A DNA stretch of 64,000 nt from an uncultured Dehalococcoidia bacterium (GTDB taxonomy: Bacteria; Chloroflexota; Dehalococcoidia; DSTF01; JACRBR01). The stretch covers positions 130 through 64,129 of the forward strand of contig CAYJMG010000020.1 in NCBI GenBank assembly GCA_964371355.1. The letters run 5' to 3'. This document shows positions 9,195-17,975 of this stretch, in pieces. The notes below the pieces were generated by a model, which had not been told where the DNA came from, ran no database searches, and saw only the letters and a program-made list of their open reading frames with translations. The translations under genes were made by a program, and so were the position numbers. Numbering within the stretch: position 1 is the stretch's first letter; every line of letters begins with the position of its first letter.

Positions 9195-10739
9195 ATGAAC
9201 GACACGCGGCGGGCTCCCACCCCTACTGCCCTCGACGACGAGGCCGCGGAGCCGCGTGACGAGTCGCTTCTCGAGAGCCCCGGCGATGGGTTCGGTGAGG
9301 TATACGCGCGTCTCGCCGATTCCGTGACCGTCGCCGGCGCGAACCCGCCCGGCACCCTCTCGCCCGAACTCTGGGCCGAGACTCCCGACGACGAGGAGCT
9401 GGAGGAGGAGGACCTCGAGAAGGACGCCGCCGCGCTCGAAGTCCAGGAGGGCGTCGACGACCCGGTCCGCATGTATCTCCGCGAGATCGGCAAGGTGTAC
9501 CTCCTCTCAGGCGCCGCCGAGAAGAGCCTGGCGCGCAAGATGGAAGAAGCCAAGCATCTGGACGGGATCGAGAAGCAATGGACCGAGGAGCACGGCCGCC
9601 TGCCGAGCGGCTACGAGATGCTCTTCACGCTCATCCAGCAGTACACCGACGCGCAGAAGTGCGTGCGCTTCATCAGCAAAGAGATCGGCATTAAGGCCTC
9701 ACTCATCTCCGACGTTATCCAGAACGAACAGTGGCGCACGACCGTCGATGCCGAGATGGACTTCGTCCTGGCCGATCGGCTGGCCCAGCATATGCGCTTC
9801 GCCCAGGAGGAAGCGCAGGGCGCCATCGTCCGTCTATCGATCATCACGCACATCCTGCGCGCCGAGCACATCCAGGCCGTCGCCAAGGAGCTGGGCGCGA
9901 AGAACCTGGTGCCGCCGCCCTGGGAGCGCATCAACGGCCACGGCCCGGACGAGCAGGTACTGTGCGACTACTTCGCGCTGCTGAAGCGCGAAGGATTCCA
10001 GTCGGAGAAGCAGCTCACGGAGGCTAACCTCCGGCTCGTCGTCAGCGTGGCCAAGAAGTACATCGGGCGCGGCATGTCCCTCCTCGACCTCATCCAGGAG
10101 GGCAACATCGGCCTCATCCGCGCCGTCGAGAAGTTCGACTACCGCAAGGGCTTCAAGTTCAGCACCTACGCCACGTGGTGGATCCGGCAGGCCATCACCC
10201 GGGCCATCGCCGACCAGGCCCGCACGATCCGGATCCCCGTACATATGGTCGAGACCATCAACAAGCTCGTCCGCACCTCCCGCAGCCTCGTCCAGCAACT
10301 CGGCCGCGAACCCACCAGCGAGGAGATTGCCGTCGCGATGACCGATCCCCTCAACGGCCCGCCCATCACCCCGGAGAAGGTCCGCGAGATCATCAAGGTC
10401 TCGCAGGAGCCCGTTTCGCTCGAAATGCCTGTCGGCGAGGAGGAGGACAGCCACCTGGGTGACTTCCTGCCCGACGAAGGCGCCCTCGCCCCAGCGGATG
10501 CCGCCTCGCAGCAGATGCTCAAAGAGCAGGTGATGGATGTGTTGAACAGCCTCACCACCCGCGAGCGCAAGGTGCTGGAGCTGCGCTTCGGCCTCGAGGA
10601 CGGCCGCTCGCGCACGCTGGAGGAGGTCGGCCGCGAGTTCCGCGTGACCCGCGAGCGCGTCCGCCAGATCGAAGCCAAGGCGCTCCGCAAGCTGCGCCAC
10701 CCCTCCCGCAGCAAGAAGCTGAAGGACTACCTCGACTGA
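9195..10739 (+). CDS. rpoD: primary (housekeeping) RNA polymerase sigma-70 factor
   Basis: Acidic N-terminal region. Region 2 ([51 protein letters not shown]). Region 4.2 ([30 protein letters not shown]). Confidence 0.95.
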   Translation: MNDTRRAPTPTALDDEAAEPRDESLLESPGDGFGEVYARLADSVTVAGANPPGTLSPELWAETPDDEELEEEDLEKDAAALEVQEGVDDPVRMYLREIGKVYLLSGAAEKSLARKMEEAKHLDGIEKQWTEEHGRLPSGYEMLFTLIQQYTDAQKCVRFISKEIGIKASLISDVIQNEQWRTTVDAEMDFVLADRLAQHMRFAQEEAQGAIVRLSIITHILRAEHIQAVAKELGAKNLVPPPWERINGHGPDEQVLCDYFALLKREGFQSEKQLTEANLRLVVSVAKKYIGRGMSLLDLIQEGNIGLIRAVEKFDYRKGFKFSTYATWWIRQAITRAIADQARTIRIPVHMVETINKLVRTSRSLVQQLGREPTSEEIAVAMTDPLNGPPITPEKVREIIKVSQEPVSLEMPVGEEEDSHLGDFLPDEGALAPADAASQQMLKEQVMDVLNSLTTRERKVLELRFGLEDGRSRTLEEVGREFRVTRERVRQIEAKALRKLRHPSRSKKLKDYLD

Positions 10740-10748
10740 GGTCGCCCC

Positions 10749-10778
10749 GTCAGCTTGTCAGCCCGTCAGCAGGTCAGC
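10749..10778. repeat. four tandem 8-bp units, each containing GTCAGC (GTCAGCTT GTCAGCCC GTCAGCAG GTCAGCGT)
   Basis: Read directly. GTCAGC starts at 10749, 10757, 10765 and 10773. The block sits between the rpoD stop codon and the terminator hairpin. Confidence 0.8.
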
Positions 10779-10792
10779 GTTGGTGCAGTGCC

Positions 10793-10809
10793 GCCCGCCG
10801 TGGGCGGGC
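10793..10809. terminator. GC-rich hairpin (GCCCGCC-gtg-GGCGGGC) between convergent rpoD and a histidine kinase gene
   Basis: 7-bp perfect stem with a 3-nt loop, followed by TCTT on the plus strand. It lies between two convergent stop codons. The T-run is short, so intrinsic termination is only plausible. Confidence 0.45.
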
Positions 10810-10811
10810 TC

Positions 10812-12092
10812 TTAGCCAGAGCCCCGAGCCTGAACGGGCAATGCCACTTCGAAGCTCGCACCCTGCCCGCGCACCGAACGGACGCCCACCGTCCCGCCGT
10901 GCAGCTCGACGATCCCCTTCGTGATGGCCAGCCCCAGTCCTACGCCGTCCGCCGTCGTGTCGTTGCGGGTCCGCGAACGCTCGCCCCGGTAGAACCGCGT
11001 CCACACGTGCGGAAGGTCGTCGTGGTCGATGCCATCTCCGGTGTCGGAGACGTCCACTACGACGCGATCGTCCGCTGGCTTTACAGAGACCGTCACCGAG
11101 CCGCCGCGCGGCGTATGCTCTAGCGCGTTGCGCAGCAAGTTAGCGATGGCCCGTTCCAGCCGATCACCGTCCGCCTCCACCGGCAGCGGCTGCGACTCGA
11201 CTCGGAACTCTATGGCGATGCCAGCACGCTCGGCGCGTGCCCGCATGGCATCCACTACTTCCGACACAACCTCATCCACGGAGATCGACTGGCGCCGCAG
11301 CACGATCGCACCAGCATCGATCTGGGCCAGCTCGAAAAGATCATCGATCATCCGGTTCAGGCGCTCCACGTCGCGCCGGATTGTCGCAAAGTAGCGGCGC
11401 ATCTCAGTCGGCTCGTTCACCACGCCATCTTCAAGGGCGTCCACCATCGCGCGTATGGTCGAAAGCGGTGTCCGAAGGTCATGCGATATGGCGGACGTCA
11501 ACTCTCGCCGTTCGGCGTCGAGCTGTGCTCGCTCCGCTTCCGCCTCACCCAGCCGGGCGGCCAGCATGTTCAGATCTTGCGCCAGGGCGGCAACCTCGTC
11601 CGTCCCATCCACAATGGCGACGATGCCGCGGTCGCCGGAGACGAGGGCGCGGATGCCATCGTTGATGCGTGCGATGCGTGCGGTCGTGGTTGATGCCGCC
11701 CAGCCGGCGAACGCGACGGCCACGACCGCCCCGAATGCGGCGGTGGCCAGTACCACCTGCAGGTCGTGATCCGTTGAGATGAACATGAGCCGGGCAAGCA
11801 CCAGGATGTTCACGACGAGCACTGCGCAGGTAACCAGCGCGACGGCTACGAAACGGCCGATGAGTGTCAGGCCAAAGCGCCGATCGAGCAGCGAGATCAC
11901 GGCCGCGCCGGCGGCCATGCTCGCCGCACCGGAGACGAACAGATAGAGCCCCAGCTCGATGAGATCTCCCCGGGGCGGGGCCAGCATGGTCTGTGTTATC
12001 GCCACCGCGATCGCAGTGGCGATAACGAGCACGCCGAAAGCCACGGCCGTCCACCGGATCATCGGCGTTCTGGCGGCTGGCTCACGGCTCAA
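10812..12092 (-). CDS. sensor histidine kinase (multi-TM sensor, HAMP, HisKA, HATPase_c)
   Basis: Several N-terminal TM helices with no large extracytoplasmic loop. H-box SAISHDLRTPLSTI. N and G boxes (LRNALEHTP..., DTGDGI, GVGLGLAITKGIVELHGG). It overlaps the upstream response regulator gene by 11 nt. Confidence 0.9.
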   Translation of the reverse strand: MSREPAARTPMIRWTAVAFGVLVIATAIAVAITQTMLAPPRGDLIELGLYLFVSGAASMAAGAAVISLLDRRFGLTLIGRFVAVALVTCAVLVVNILVLARLMFISTDHDLQVVLATAAFGAVVAVAFAGWAASTTTARIARINDGIRALVSGDRGIVAIVDGTDEVAALAQDLNMLAARLGEAEAERAQLDAERRELTSAISHDLRTPLSTIRAMVDALEDGVVNEPTEMRRYFATIRRDVERLNRMIDDLFELAQIDAGAIVLRRQSISVDEVVSEVVDAMRARAERAGIAIEFRVESQPLPVEADGDRLERAIANLLRNALEHTPRGGSVTVSVKPADDRVVVDVSDTGDGIDHDDLPHVWTRFYRGERSRTRNDTTADGVGLGLAITKGIVELHGGTVGVRSVRGQGASFEVALPVQARGSG

Positions 12093-12756
12093 AACGATAC
12101 CCCGCTCCCCACACCGTGCGTACGTACCGTGGCCGCGACGGGTCGGCCTCGATTTTCTCGCGCAGGCGCCGGATATGCACCGTCACGGTGCTCGCATCAC
12201 CGTCGAAGCCGTCGGACCAGATTGCCGCCAGTAGCTGCTCGCGCGCGAACACCTGTGCCGGATGCAGCGCGAGGTGGTACAGCAGGTCGAACTCCCGCGT
12301 GGTCAGCGCGACCGGCTTACCGTCCAGCTCGACGGCCCGGCGCGAACCATCGATCACCATTCCTTCGAACTCCAGACGGCGCGTCGGCGCAATTCGGCCG
12401 GACCGGCGCAGCACCGCCCGGACACGCGCGGCTAGCTCTCGCGGGCTGAATGGCTTGCTCACGTAGTCGTCGGCGCCGATGTTCAGGCCGTGGAGCCGAT
12501 CGCGCTCGTCGCCGCGCGCCGTGAGCATGATGATGGGGACGTCACTTGTCGCGCGGATGCGCTGGCACACCGTCGCGCCGTCCAGACGAGGAAGCATCAG
12601 GTCCAGGACGACGAGATCCGCGGGGCTGGAGCGGAACTCCTGGAGGGCCGCCTCCCCGTCGAACGCCAGCCGCACGTCGTGGCCGTCGCGCCGTAGGTAG
12701 CGTTCGACCACCTCGGCGACCATCGGCTCATCCTCAACGACGAGAATGTTGCTCAT
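12082..12756 (-). CDS. OmpR/PhoB-family response regulator
   Basis: Receiver domain (ILVVEDEP...DLVVLDLMLPRLDG...IIMLTARG). Winged-helix output domain (LTTREFDLLYHLALHP...VTVHIRRLREKIE...YVRTVWGAGYRF). GAGGA RBS upstream. Confidence 0.9.
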   Translation of the reverse strand: MSNILVVEDEPMVAEVVERYLRRDGHDVRLAFDGEAALQEFRSSPADLVVLDLMLPRLDGATVCQRIRATSDVPIIMLTARGDERDRLHGLNIGADDYVSKPFSPRELAARVRAVLRRSGRIAPTRRLEFEGMVIDGSRRAVELDGKPVALTTREFDLLYHLALHPAQVFAREQLLAAIWSDGFDGDASTVTVHIRRLREKIEADPSRPRYVRTVWGAGYRFEP

Positions 12757-12782
12757 CAGTCCTCGAATCGTATCCCTCAGTT

Positions 12783-12845
12783 CTTACGTAAGGCTTACGG
12801 ACGCGGATGTTTCGGCAGTGCTCGCGGCCGTAAGGATTTCGTAAG
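12783..12845. promoter_or_regulatory. candidate response-regulator operator: five CGTAAG/CTTACG hexamers forming two oppositely oriented 11-bp-spaced direct-repeat pairs
   Basis: CTTACG at 12783 and 12794, with an overlapping CGTAAG at 12787 that makes the palindrome CTTACGTAAG. CGTAAG at 12829 and 12840. All lie in the 100-bp divergent region between the TCS operon and the radical SAM operon. Confidence 0.4.
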
Positions 12846-12856
12846 CACTCCATTCT

Positions 12857-13684
12857 ATGCTGCGCTCCATGAATGCCAGCCAGTCCCTGCGGGAGACCCA
12901 AACCGTCGCCAACCCGGTGGCCTCGCGCCTCTGGATATACACGAACTTCGACTGCAACCTCGCCTGCACGTACTGCCTCACGTCCTCGTCGCCCCGGGCC
13001 GTGCGGAGGGCGCTCCCAATCGAGGCCTTCCGCCGTCTCATCGATGAGGCGGTCGCCGAAGGCGTCGGTGAGGTGTTCTTGACGGGCGGCGAGCCCTTCC
13101 TGCTCCCCGACATCTTCGAGAGGATCGCCTACGCGGCCGAACGGCGGCCGCTCACCATCCTCACGAACGGCATGCTCTTGCGCGGCCGTCGCTTCGAGCA
13201 GTTGCTCGAGCTGCGCCGCCTCGCGATCACATTGCAGGTCAGCCTCGACGGTCACGTCGCCGGCATCCACGACAGCTATCGCGGGGCGGGGTCGTGGTCC
13301 GCGACCGTCGATGCTGTCCGCAGGCTGCTCGATGCGCAGTTACGGGTCACCATCGGGGCCACGGAGACGCCGGCGAACGCGGCACACATCGACGCGCTCC
13401 GAGACTTCGTGCGCGCGCTGGGGATTGATGAGCGCGACTTCTTCTTGCGGCCGCTCACGAAGCGGGGATTCAGCCAGGAGGGCATCGACCTGCTGCCCGC
13501 CGAACTCGCGCCCGAGCTGACGGTGACGGCGGAAGGCGTGTTCTGGCATCCGCAGTCCGCGGGCGAGGCGATGCTGCTGTCTCGGCAGATCTTTCCGCTG
13601 AGCGAGGCGATCGAACTCATGCAGACGAATCTGGACGTCATGCGCGCCGGTGGCGCCGTAGTGCGTTCGTATCGGTGCGCCTGA
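12857..13684 (+). CDS. radical SAM protein (small, no SPASM Cys cluster)
   Basis: C-x3-C-x2-C motif in FDCNLACTYC. A GGEP motif (FLTGGEPFLL) follows. 275 aa. The start could be 12857 or 12869. Confidence 0.8.
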   Translation: MLRSMNASQSLRETQTVANPVASRLWIYTNFDCNLACTYCLTSSSPRAVRRALPIEAFRRLIDEAVAEGVGEVFLTGGEPFLLPDIFERIAYAAERRPLTILTNGMLLRGRRFEQLLELRRLAITLQVSLDGHVAGIHDSYRGAGSWSATVDAVRRLLDAQLRVTIGATETPANAAHIDALRDFVRALGIDERDFFLRPLTKRGFSQEGIDLLPAELAPELTVTAEGVFWHPQSAGEAMLLSRQIFPLSEAIELMQTNLDVMRAGGAVVRSYRCA

Positions 13685-13696
13685 AGGGAGTTTGGG

Positions 13697-14239
13697 ATGG
13701 CGACGGTTTCCGGTCTGTCAGACGTTGCGCCGTGGCGTGCGAACATCGCGTCATACGGCATCGCGTTCCTGCGAGTAGGCCTCGGCCTCGTGTTTCTCAC
13801 GAACGGGTTCGCGAAGGCGACCGGTTGGGACGGCATTCACCCATTTCCCGGCTTCCTCATCGACTACGACGGCGCCCGGAACATCCTCTCGTCCGACACG
13901 CAGACTCATCCTGTCGGCATCTACAAGGACTTCATCGACAACGTTGTGCTCGACAACTACACCTTCTTCGGCGTCATGCTCACGCTCACCGAGATCAGCA
14001 TCGGCATCATGCTCGTCACGGGCGCGTTCGCGAACGTCGGCGCCATCATCGGGGCGATGTTCGCGCTGCACCTGAACTTCGCGAACTGGGATCGAGATAT
14101 CTGGGCCTGGGAGTACGCGGTGGAGTGGATGCCGCTCCTGGCCCTCGTCCTCATCGGATCAGGCCGCCACTTCGGGCTCGACGAAGCATCAGCGAAGCTC
14201 GTGCCATCGCCCTTGCGGCGCTGGCCGATCACCGGATAG
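13697..14239 (+). CDS. DoxX/DoxD-like integral membrane protein
   Basis: 180 aa with about 4 TM helices. The N-terminal IAFLRVGLGLVFLTNGFAK pattern is typical of DoxX-family proteins. Confidence 0.65.
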   Translation: MATVSGLSDVAPWRANIASYGIAFLRVGLGLVFLTNGFAKATGWDGIHPFPGFLIDYDGARNILSSDTQTHPVGIYKDFIDNVVLDNYTFFGVMLTLTEISIGIMLVTGAFANVGAIIGAMFALHLNFANWDRDIWAWEYAVEWMPLLALVLIGSGRHFGLDEASAKLVPSPLRRWPITG

Positions 14240-14258
14240 CAGCGAGGAGAACACGCGA

Positions 14259-15392
14259 ATGACCACGGAAACCAGGGTCGAATACCAGACGGCGCTGCGA
14301 AGGGTAATCGAGGACGTCGTCGCGCCGAAGGCGATAGAGATTGATCGTGACGCCTCATTCCCCCGCGACGCCCTCAACGGGCTCGCCCGGGAGGGCGTCC
14401 TCGGCCTGATCAGCTCGCCCGACGTAGGCGGACTCGGTCTTGGGCTGGGCGCCGCGGCCGATGTCGTCGAGCAGCTCGCCCGCGAATGCGCTTCGACGGC
14501 GATGGTCGTGTGCATGCACTATGCGGCAACCGCCGTCATCGAAGCGCACGGATCGAGGGAAGCGCGCGAGGCAGCGGCGTCCGGCCGCGCCATAGCGACG
14601 CTCGCCTTCTCCGAGGCAGGATCGCGGAGCCACTTCTGGGCGCCTGTCAGCACCGCGACGCGTGATGGTGAAAGCGTGCGGCTCGATGGGCAGAAGAGCT
14701 GGGTGACCTCCGCCGGCGAGGCCGACCTCTACGTGTGGTCGAGCCGGCCCCTGCAGGTGGACGGCGCCAGCTCCATCTGGCTCGTCCCGGCCAACACGCC
14801 GGGCCTCCAGGTGCCGGTCGCGTTCGACGGCCTCGGCCTGCGCGGCAACTGCTCGAGCCCCATCATCGCCGAAGGCGCCGTCGTCCCGCAGTCCGCGATG
14901 CTCGGCCCCGATGGCGGGGGCTTCGACGTGATGATGGGCGTCGTGCTGCCCTACTTCCAGCTCATGAACGCCGGCTTCTCCGTCGGGACGATGGAGGCCG
15001 CCACCACGAAGGCGGCCGCGCACGTCGGTGGTGTGCGGTTCCAGCATCTCGACCAGACCCTCGCGGATCTGCCGACCATCCGTGCCTACGTCGCCCGTAT
15101 GCGCACGAAGACGGACATGGCACGCGCCCTCCTGCTCGACGCGGTGAACGCCGCCGAGACGGGGCGCGACGACGCCATGCTCCGGATCCTCGAATCGAAG
15201 GCCGCCGCTGGCGAGACGTCGACCGAAGTCACCGACTTGGCGATGCGCGTCTGCGGCGGAGCGGCGTTCCGGAAGGAGGTCGGGGTCGAGCGGCACTTCC
15301 GCGACGCGCGCGCTGCGACGGTCATGGCGCCCACAACCGACGTGCTCTACGACTTCATCGGCCGCGCCACCTGCGGGCTGCCGCTGTTCTAG
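14259..15392 (+). CDS. acyl-CoA dehydrogenase-fold flavoprotein (possibly a type-2 / monooxygenase-like member)
   Basis: 377 aa with a three-domain ACAD layout (middle domain W.TSAG..D; C-terminal four-helix bundle ...GGAAFRKEVGVERHFRDARA). The position equivalent to the canonical YEGT catalytic Glu reads VMAPT. Confidence 0.8.
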   Translation: MTTETRVEYQTALRRVIEDVVAPKAIEIDRDASFPRDALNGLAREGVLGLISSPDVGGLGLGLGAAADVVEQLARECASTAMVVCMHYAATAVIEAHGSREAREAAASGRAIATLAFSEAGSRSHFWAPVSTATRDGESVRLDGQKSWVTSAGEADLYVWSSRPLQVDGASSIWLVPANTPGLQVPVAFDGLGLRGNCSSPIIAEGAVVPQSAMLGPDGGGFDVMMGVVLPYFQLMNAGFSVGTMEAATTKAAAHVGGVRFQHLDQTLADLPTIRAYVARMRTKTDMARALLLDAVNAAETGRDDAMLRILESKAAAGETSTEVTDLAMRVCGGAAFRKEVGVERHFRDARAATVMAPTTDVLYDFIGRATCGLPLF

Positions 15393-15403
15393 GAGGACCA
15401 ATC

Positions 15404-16261
15404 ATGCCCGATACGATCCTGCTCGGCGCTGTGGCCTACGACCCGAAGGTCGTGACGATCTGGGACGGCTTCAGGCGTTACCTGACGGCCAGGGGCCTCC
15501 CCTTCGATTACATCCTCTTCTCGAACTACGAGCGCCAGGTCGGCGCGCTGCTCGATGGCCACGTCCACGTCGCGTGGAACTCGCCGCTCGCCTGGATCCG
15601 CGCGCAACGCCTGGCCAGGTCCCGCGGCGTGCTGGTTTCGACGTTCTGCATGCGCGACACCGACCGCGACAACCGTTCCGTCATCGTCGTGAAGGCCGGC
15701 GCCGGGATCGACACCATCGGCCAGTTGCGCGGGAAGACCGTGGCTGTTGGTGCTGGCGACTCGCCCCAGGCCACCCTCATCCCGCTCGACCTCCTGCGTC
15801 GCGCTGGCCTGGCGCCGGACGTCGATGTTCGCGTCCAGCGCCACGAGGTGCTTAGCGGGCTGCACGGGGACCACGTCGGCGGCGAACGGGACGCCGCGAG
15901 AGCCCTCGCTGAGGGCGGGGCCGACGCCGCGTGCATGCACGAGTGGAACTACCGCGCCTTCATTGGTGACGGGCTCTTCGCCCCTCTCTCGACGTCCATC
16001 CTCGCGCGCACGGAACCCTACGATCACTGCAACATGACTGCAGGTCCCGCCGCCACCGCCGAGACTGTCGCCGCCCTGCGCGACGCGTTACTCGCGATGG
16101 ATCCCGCCGATCCGGAGGTGAAGCGCCTCTTCGACCTCGAGGGCCTCACGCACTGGTGCGACGCTCGCCTCGACGGTTACGCCGCTCTCGACGCCGCGGT
16201 CGACGCGCTGGGCGTGTACGACGCGGAAGGCGCGATCCTCCAGCCGGAGTACGCGCGCTGA
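15404..16261 (+). CDS. PhnD-like periplasmic-binding-protein-fold protein without a signal peptide
   Basis: ATG at 15404 preceded by AGGAGG. MPDTILLGAVAYDPKVV...HVHVAWNSPLAW...GKTVAVGAGDSPQATLIPL resembles phosphate/phosphonate-binding (PhnD) family proteins. There is no N-terminal hydrophobic or lipobox segment. Confidence 0.65.
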   Translation: MPDTILLGAVAYDPKVVTIWDGFRRYLTARGLPFDYILFSNYERQVGALLDGHVHVAWNSPLAWIRAQRLARSRGVLVSTFCMRDTDRDNRSVIVVKAGAGIDTIGQLRGKTVAVGAGDSPQATLIPLDLLRRAGLAPDVDVRVQRHEVLSGLHGDHVGGERDAARALAEGGADAACMHEWNYRAFIGDGLFAPLSTSILARTEPYDHCNMTAGPAATAETVAALRDALLAMDPADPEVKRLFDLEGLTHWCDARLDGYAALDAAVDALGVYDAEGAILQPEYAR

Positions 16262-16959
16262 TGCCACAACGAGACTGCATCGTCGTGATGGCCCGCCGCC
16301 CGGCAGCCGGCGCCGTGAAGACGCGCCTGGCCGCTTCGCTCGGCGCTCGCCCCGCGGCGGAGCTGTACGAGGCGTTCCTGCTCGATACGCTGGCTGCCTG
16401 CGCGGAGGTCGACGCCCGGGTAGCGATCTCCTACGCCCCCGACGATGCGCAGGCCCGGCGATACTTCTCCGCCGCCGCGCCGGACGCGTTGCTCGCTCCC
16501 CAGCGCGACGTACCCTTCGGCGAGCGTCTGGCCGATGCGACGGGGTCGGCGTTCCATGCCGGTGCCGGGCGCGTGGCGGTTATCGGTTCCGACATTCCGC
16601 ATGTACGGCCCCAGTGGATCGCCGGCGCATTCTCCGCGCTCGATGAGGCCGATCTCGCCATCGGCCCGACGCGCGATGGGGGGTACTACCTGCTGGCGCT
16701 GCGTTCCGCGGAGCCCCGGCTCTTCGCCGGCATCGACTGGAGCAGCGGGCGGGAGCTTGGCCAGACGATGGCCAGAGCCTCGGAGCTGAAGCTGCAAGTG
16801 AGCGTCGTGCCCGAGACGTTCGACGTGGACGTTGCCTCCGACCTCGCTGATCTCGAGTCGCTCATCGCGACGGATGGGCCGCAGCGCTGCCCTCGCACCG
16901 CCGCCCGGCTGAACCGCTGGCGAGCCGCCCCGCGCGAGGAAGCCGGGGTGGCGCGATGA
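16261..16959 (+). CDS. DUF2064-family (MobA/CofC-like nucleotidyltransferase fold) protein
   Basis: The start ATG overlaps the upstream stop (TGATG). IVVMARRPAAGAVKTRLA...AFLLDTL...AVIGSDIPHV...IGPTRDGGYYLLAL... matches my recollection of the DUF2064/TIGR04282-type family. Confidence 0.65.
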   Translation: MPQRDCIVVMARRPAAGAVKTRLAASLGARPAAELYEAFLLDTLAACAEVDARVAISYAPDDAQARRYFSAAAPDALLAPQRDVPFGERLADATGSAFHAGAGRVAVIGSDIPHVRPQWIAGAFSALDEADLAIGPTRDGGYYLLALRSAEPRLFAGIDWSSGRELGQTMARASELKLQVSVVPETFDVDVASDLADLESLIATDGPQRCPRTAARLNRWRAAPREEAGVAR

Positions 16960-17975
16960 AGGCCACCACCGTGGTTTTGGACGACACGACGCATCGCGGC
17001 GAGATCGCGCCCGTGCTCCCCGACGAGCTGTATGTCGAGACAACGAACAGGTGCAACCTGAAGTGCCTTACTTGTCCGCAGTCCTGGGGCATGGACGAGC
17101 AGCCCGCCGACCTGACCGCTGCGCAGGTCGAGCGTATTCTCGGCCTGTTCCCGGATGTGCGTCGCGTGGTGCTGCACGGCATCGGCGAACCGCTGCTCAA
17201 CAAGGATCTTCCGTCGATCATTTCTGCGGTGAAACGGCGCGGCGCCTACGCGCTGTTCAACACCAACGGCCTCCTGTTGCGGGGGCGCGTCGCCGAGGCG
17301 ATCGCGGCGGGCGATCTCGATGAGCTTCGCGTGTCGATCGACGCCGCGACGCCGCAGACGTACCAGCTTGTCCGCGGCGTCGACGGCTTCGGCCGCATCG
17401 TCGAGAACCTGCGTCGCTTCGCCGAGCTGAAGCGCGACGCCTGTGGCGGGCCGAAGGTCTCGCTGTGGATTACGGGCATGCGGACGAACGTCGCCGAGTT
17501 GCCGCGGCTCGTCGAGACCGCGCATCGCTGCGGCGTCGCGGAGGTGTACCTCCAGCGCCTCGTCTTCTCGGACCGGGGCATGGCGTCGCGGACTGAGTCG
17601 CTCTTCGGCCGGGCCGGATCCCCTGAACTCCGCGCGATCCGGGAGGCCGAAGAACTCGCCGCCTCGCTCGGTATCACGCTGCGCGGGTCCGGCGAAGCGG
17701 CCGCGAGCCAGTCCGTGGCTTCCGACCGTCTTTCGTACCGGGCCTGCCGGCGGCCCTGGACGCTCATGTACGTGACTGCGAACGGCAACGTGCTTCCCTG
17801 CTGCATCGCCCCATTCACCGGCGTGCCATACGGCGAGATCGTCCTCGGTAACGTGTTCACCCAATCACCGGAGAATATATGGAACGGACCACGCTACCGG
17901 GCGTGGCGGCGCGGGCTCCTCTCGCACAGTCCGCCCTCCGCCTGCGCCAACTGCGGCAGCGGCTGGAGTCTGTAG
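16956..17975 (+). CDS. radical SAM enzyme with C-terminal SPASM domain
   Basis: C-x3-C-x2-C motif in TNRCNLKCLTC. GEPLL motif. C-terminal Cys-rich SPASM-type segment (CRRPWTLMYVTANGNVLPCCIAPF...PPSACANCGSGW). ATGA overlap with the upstream gene. Confidence 0.85.
   Translation: MKATTVVLDDTTHRGEIAPVLPDELYVETTNRCNLKCLTCPQSWGMDEQPADLTAAQVERILGLFPDVRRVVLHGIGEPLLNKDLPSIISAVKRRGAYALFNTNGLLLRGRVAEAIAAGDLDELRVSIDAATPQTYQLVRGVDGFGRIVENLRRFAELKRDACGGPKVSLWITGMRTNVAELPRLVETAHRCGVAEVYLQRLVFSDRGMASRTESLFGRAGSPELRAIREAEELAASLGITLRGSGEAAASQSVASDRLSYRACRRPWTLMYVTANGNVLPCCIAPFTGVPYGEIVLGNVFTQSPENIWNGPRYRAWRRGLLSHSPPSACANCGSGWSL

Noticed and set aside
9834-10700. Long antisense or alternative-frame ORFs opposite well-supported genes, for example 9834-10700, 14355-15401, 32660-33736, 38066-39460, 54485-55888 and 61008-62561
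   Set aside because: All have Arg/Gly/Ala/Pro-dominated composition with no motifs. They overlap strongly supported genes (rpoD, the ACAD-fold gene, the CoA-transferase, the SBPs, nuoG, DUF2207). This is the typical shadow-ORF effect at about 68% GC.
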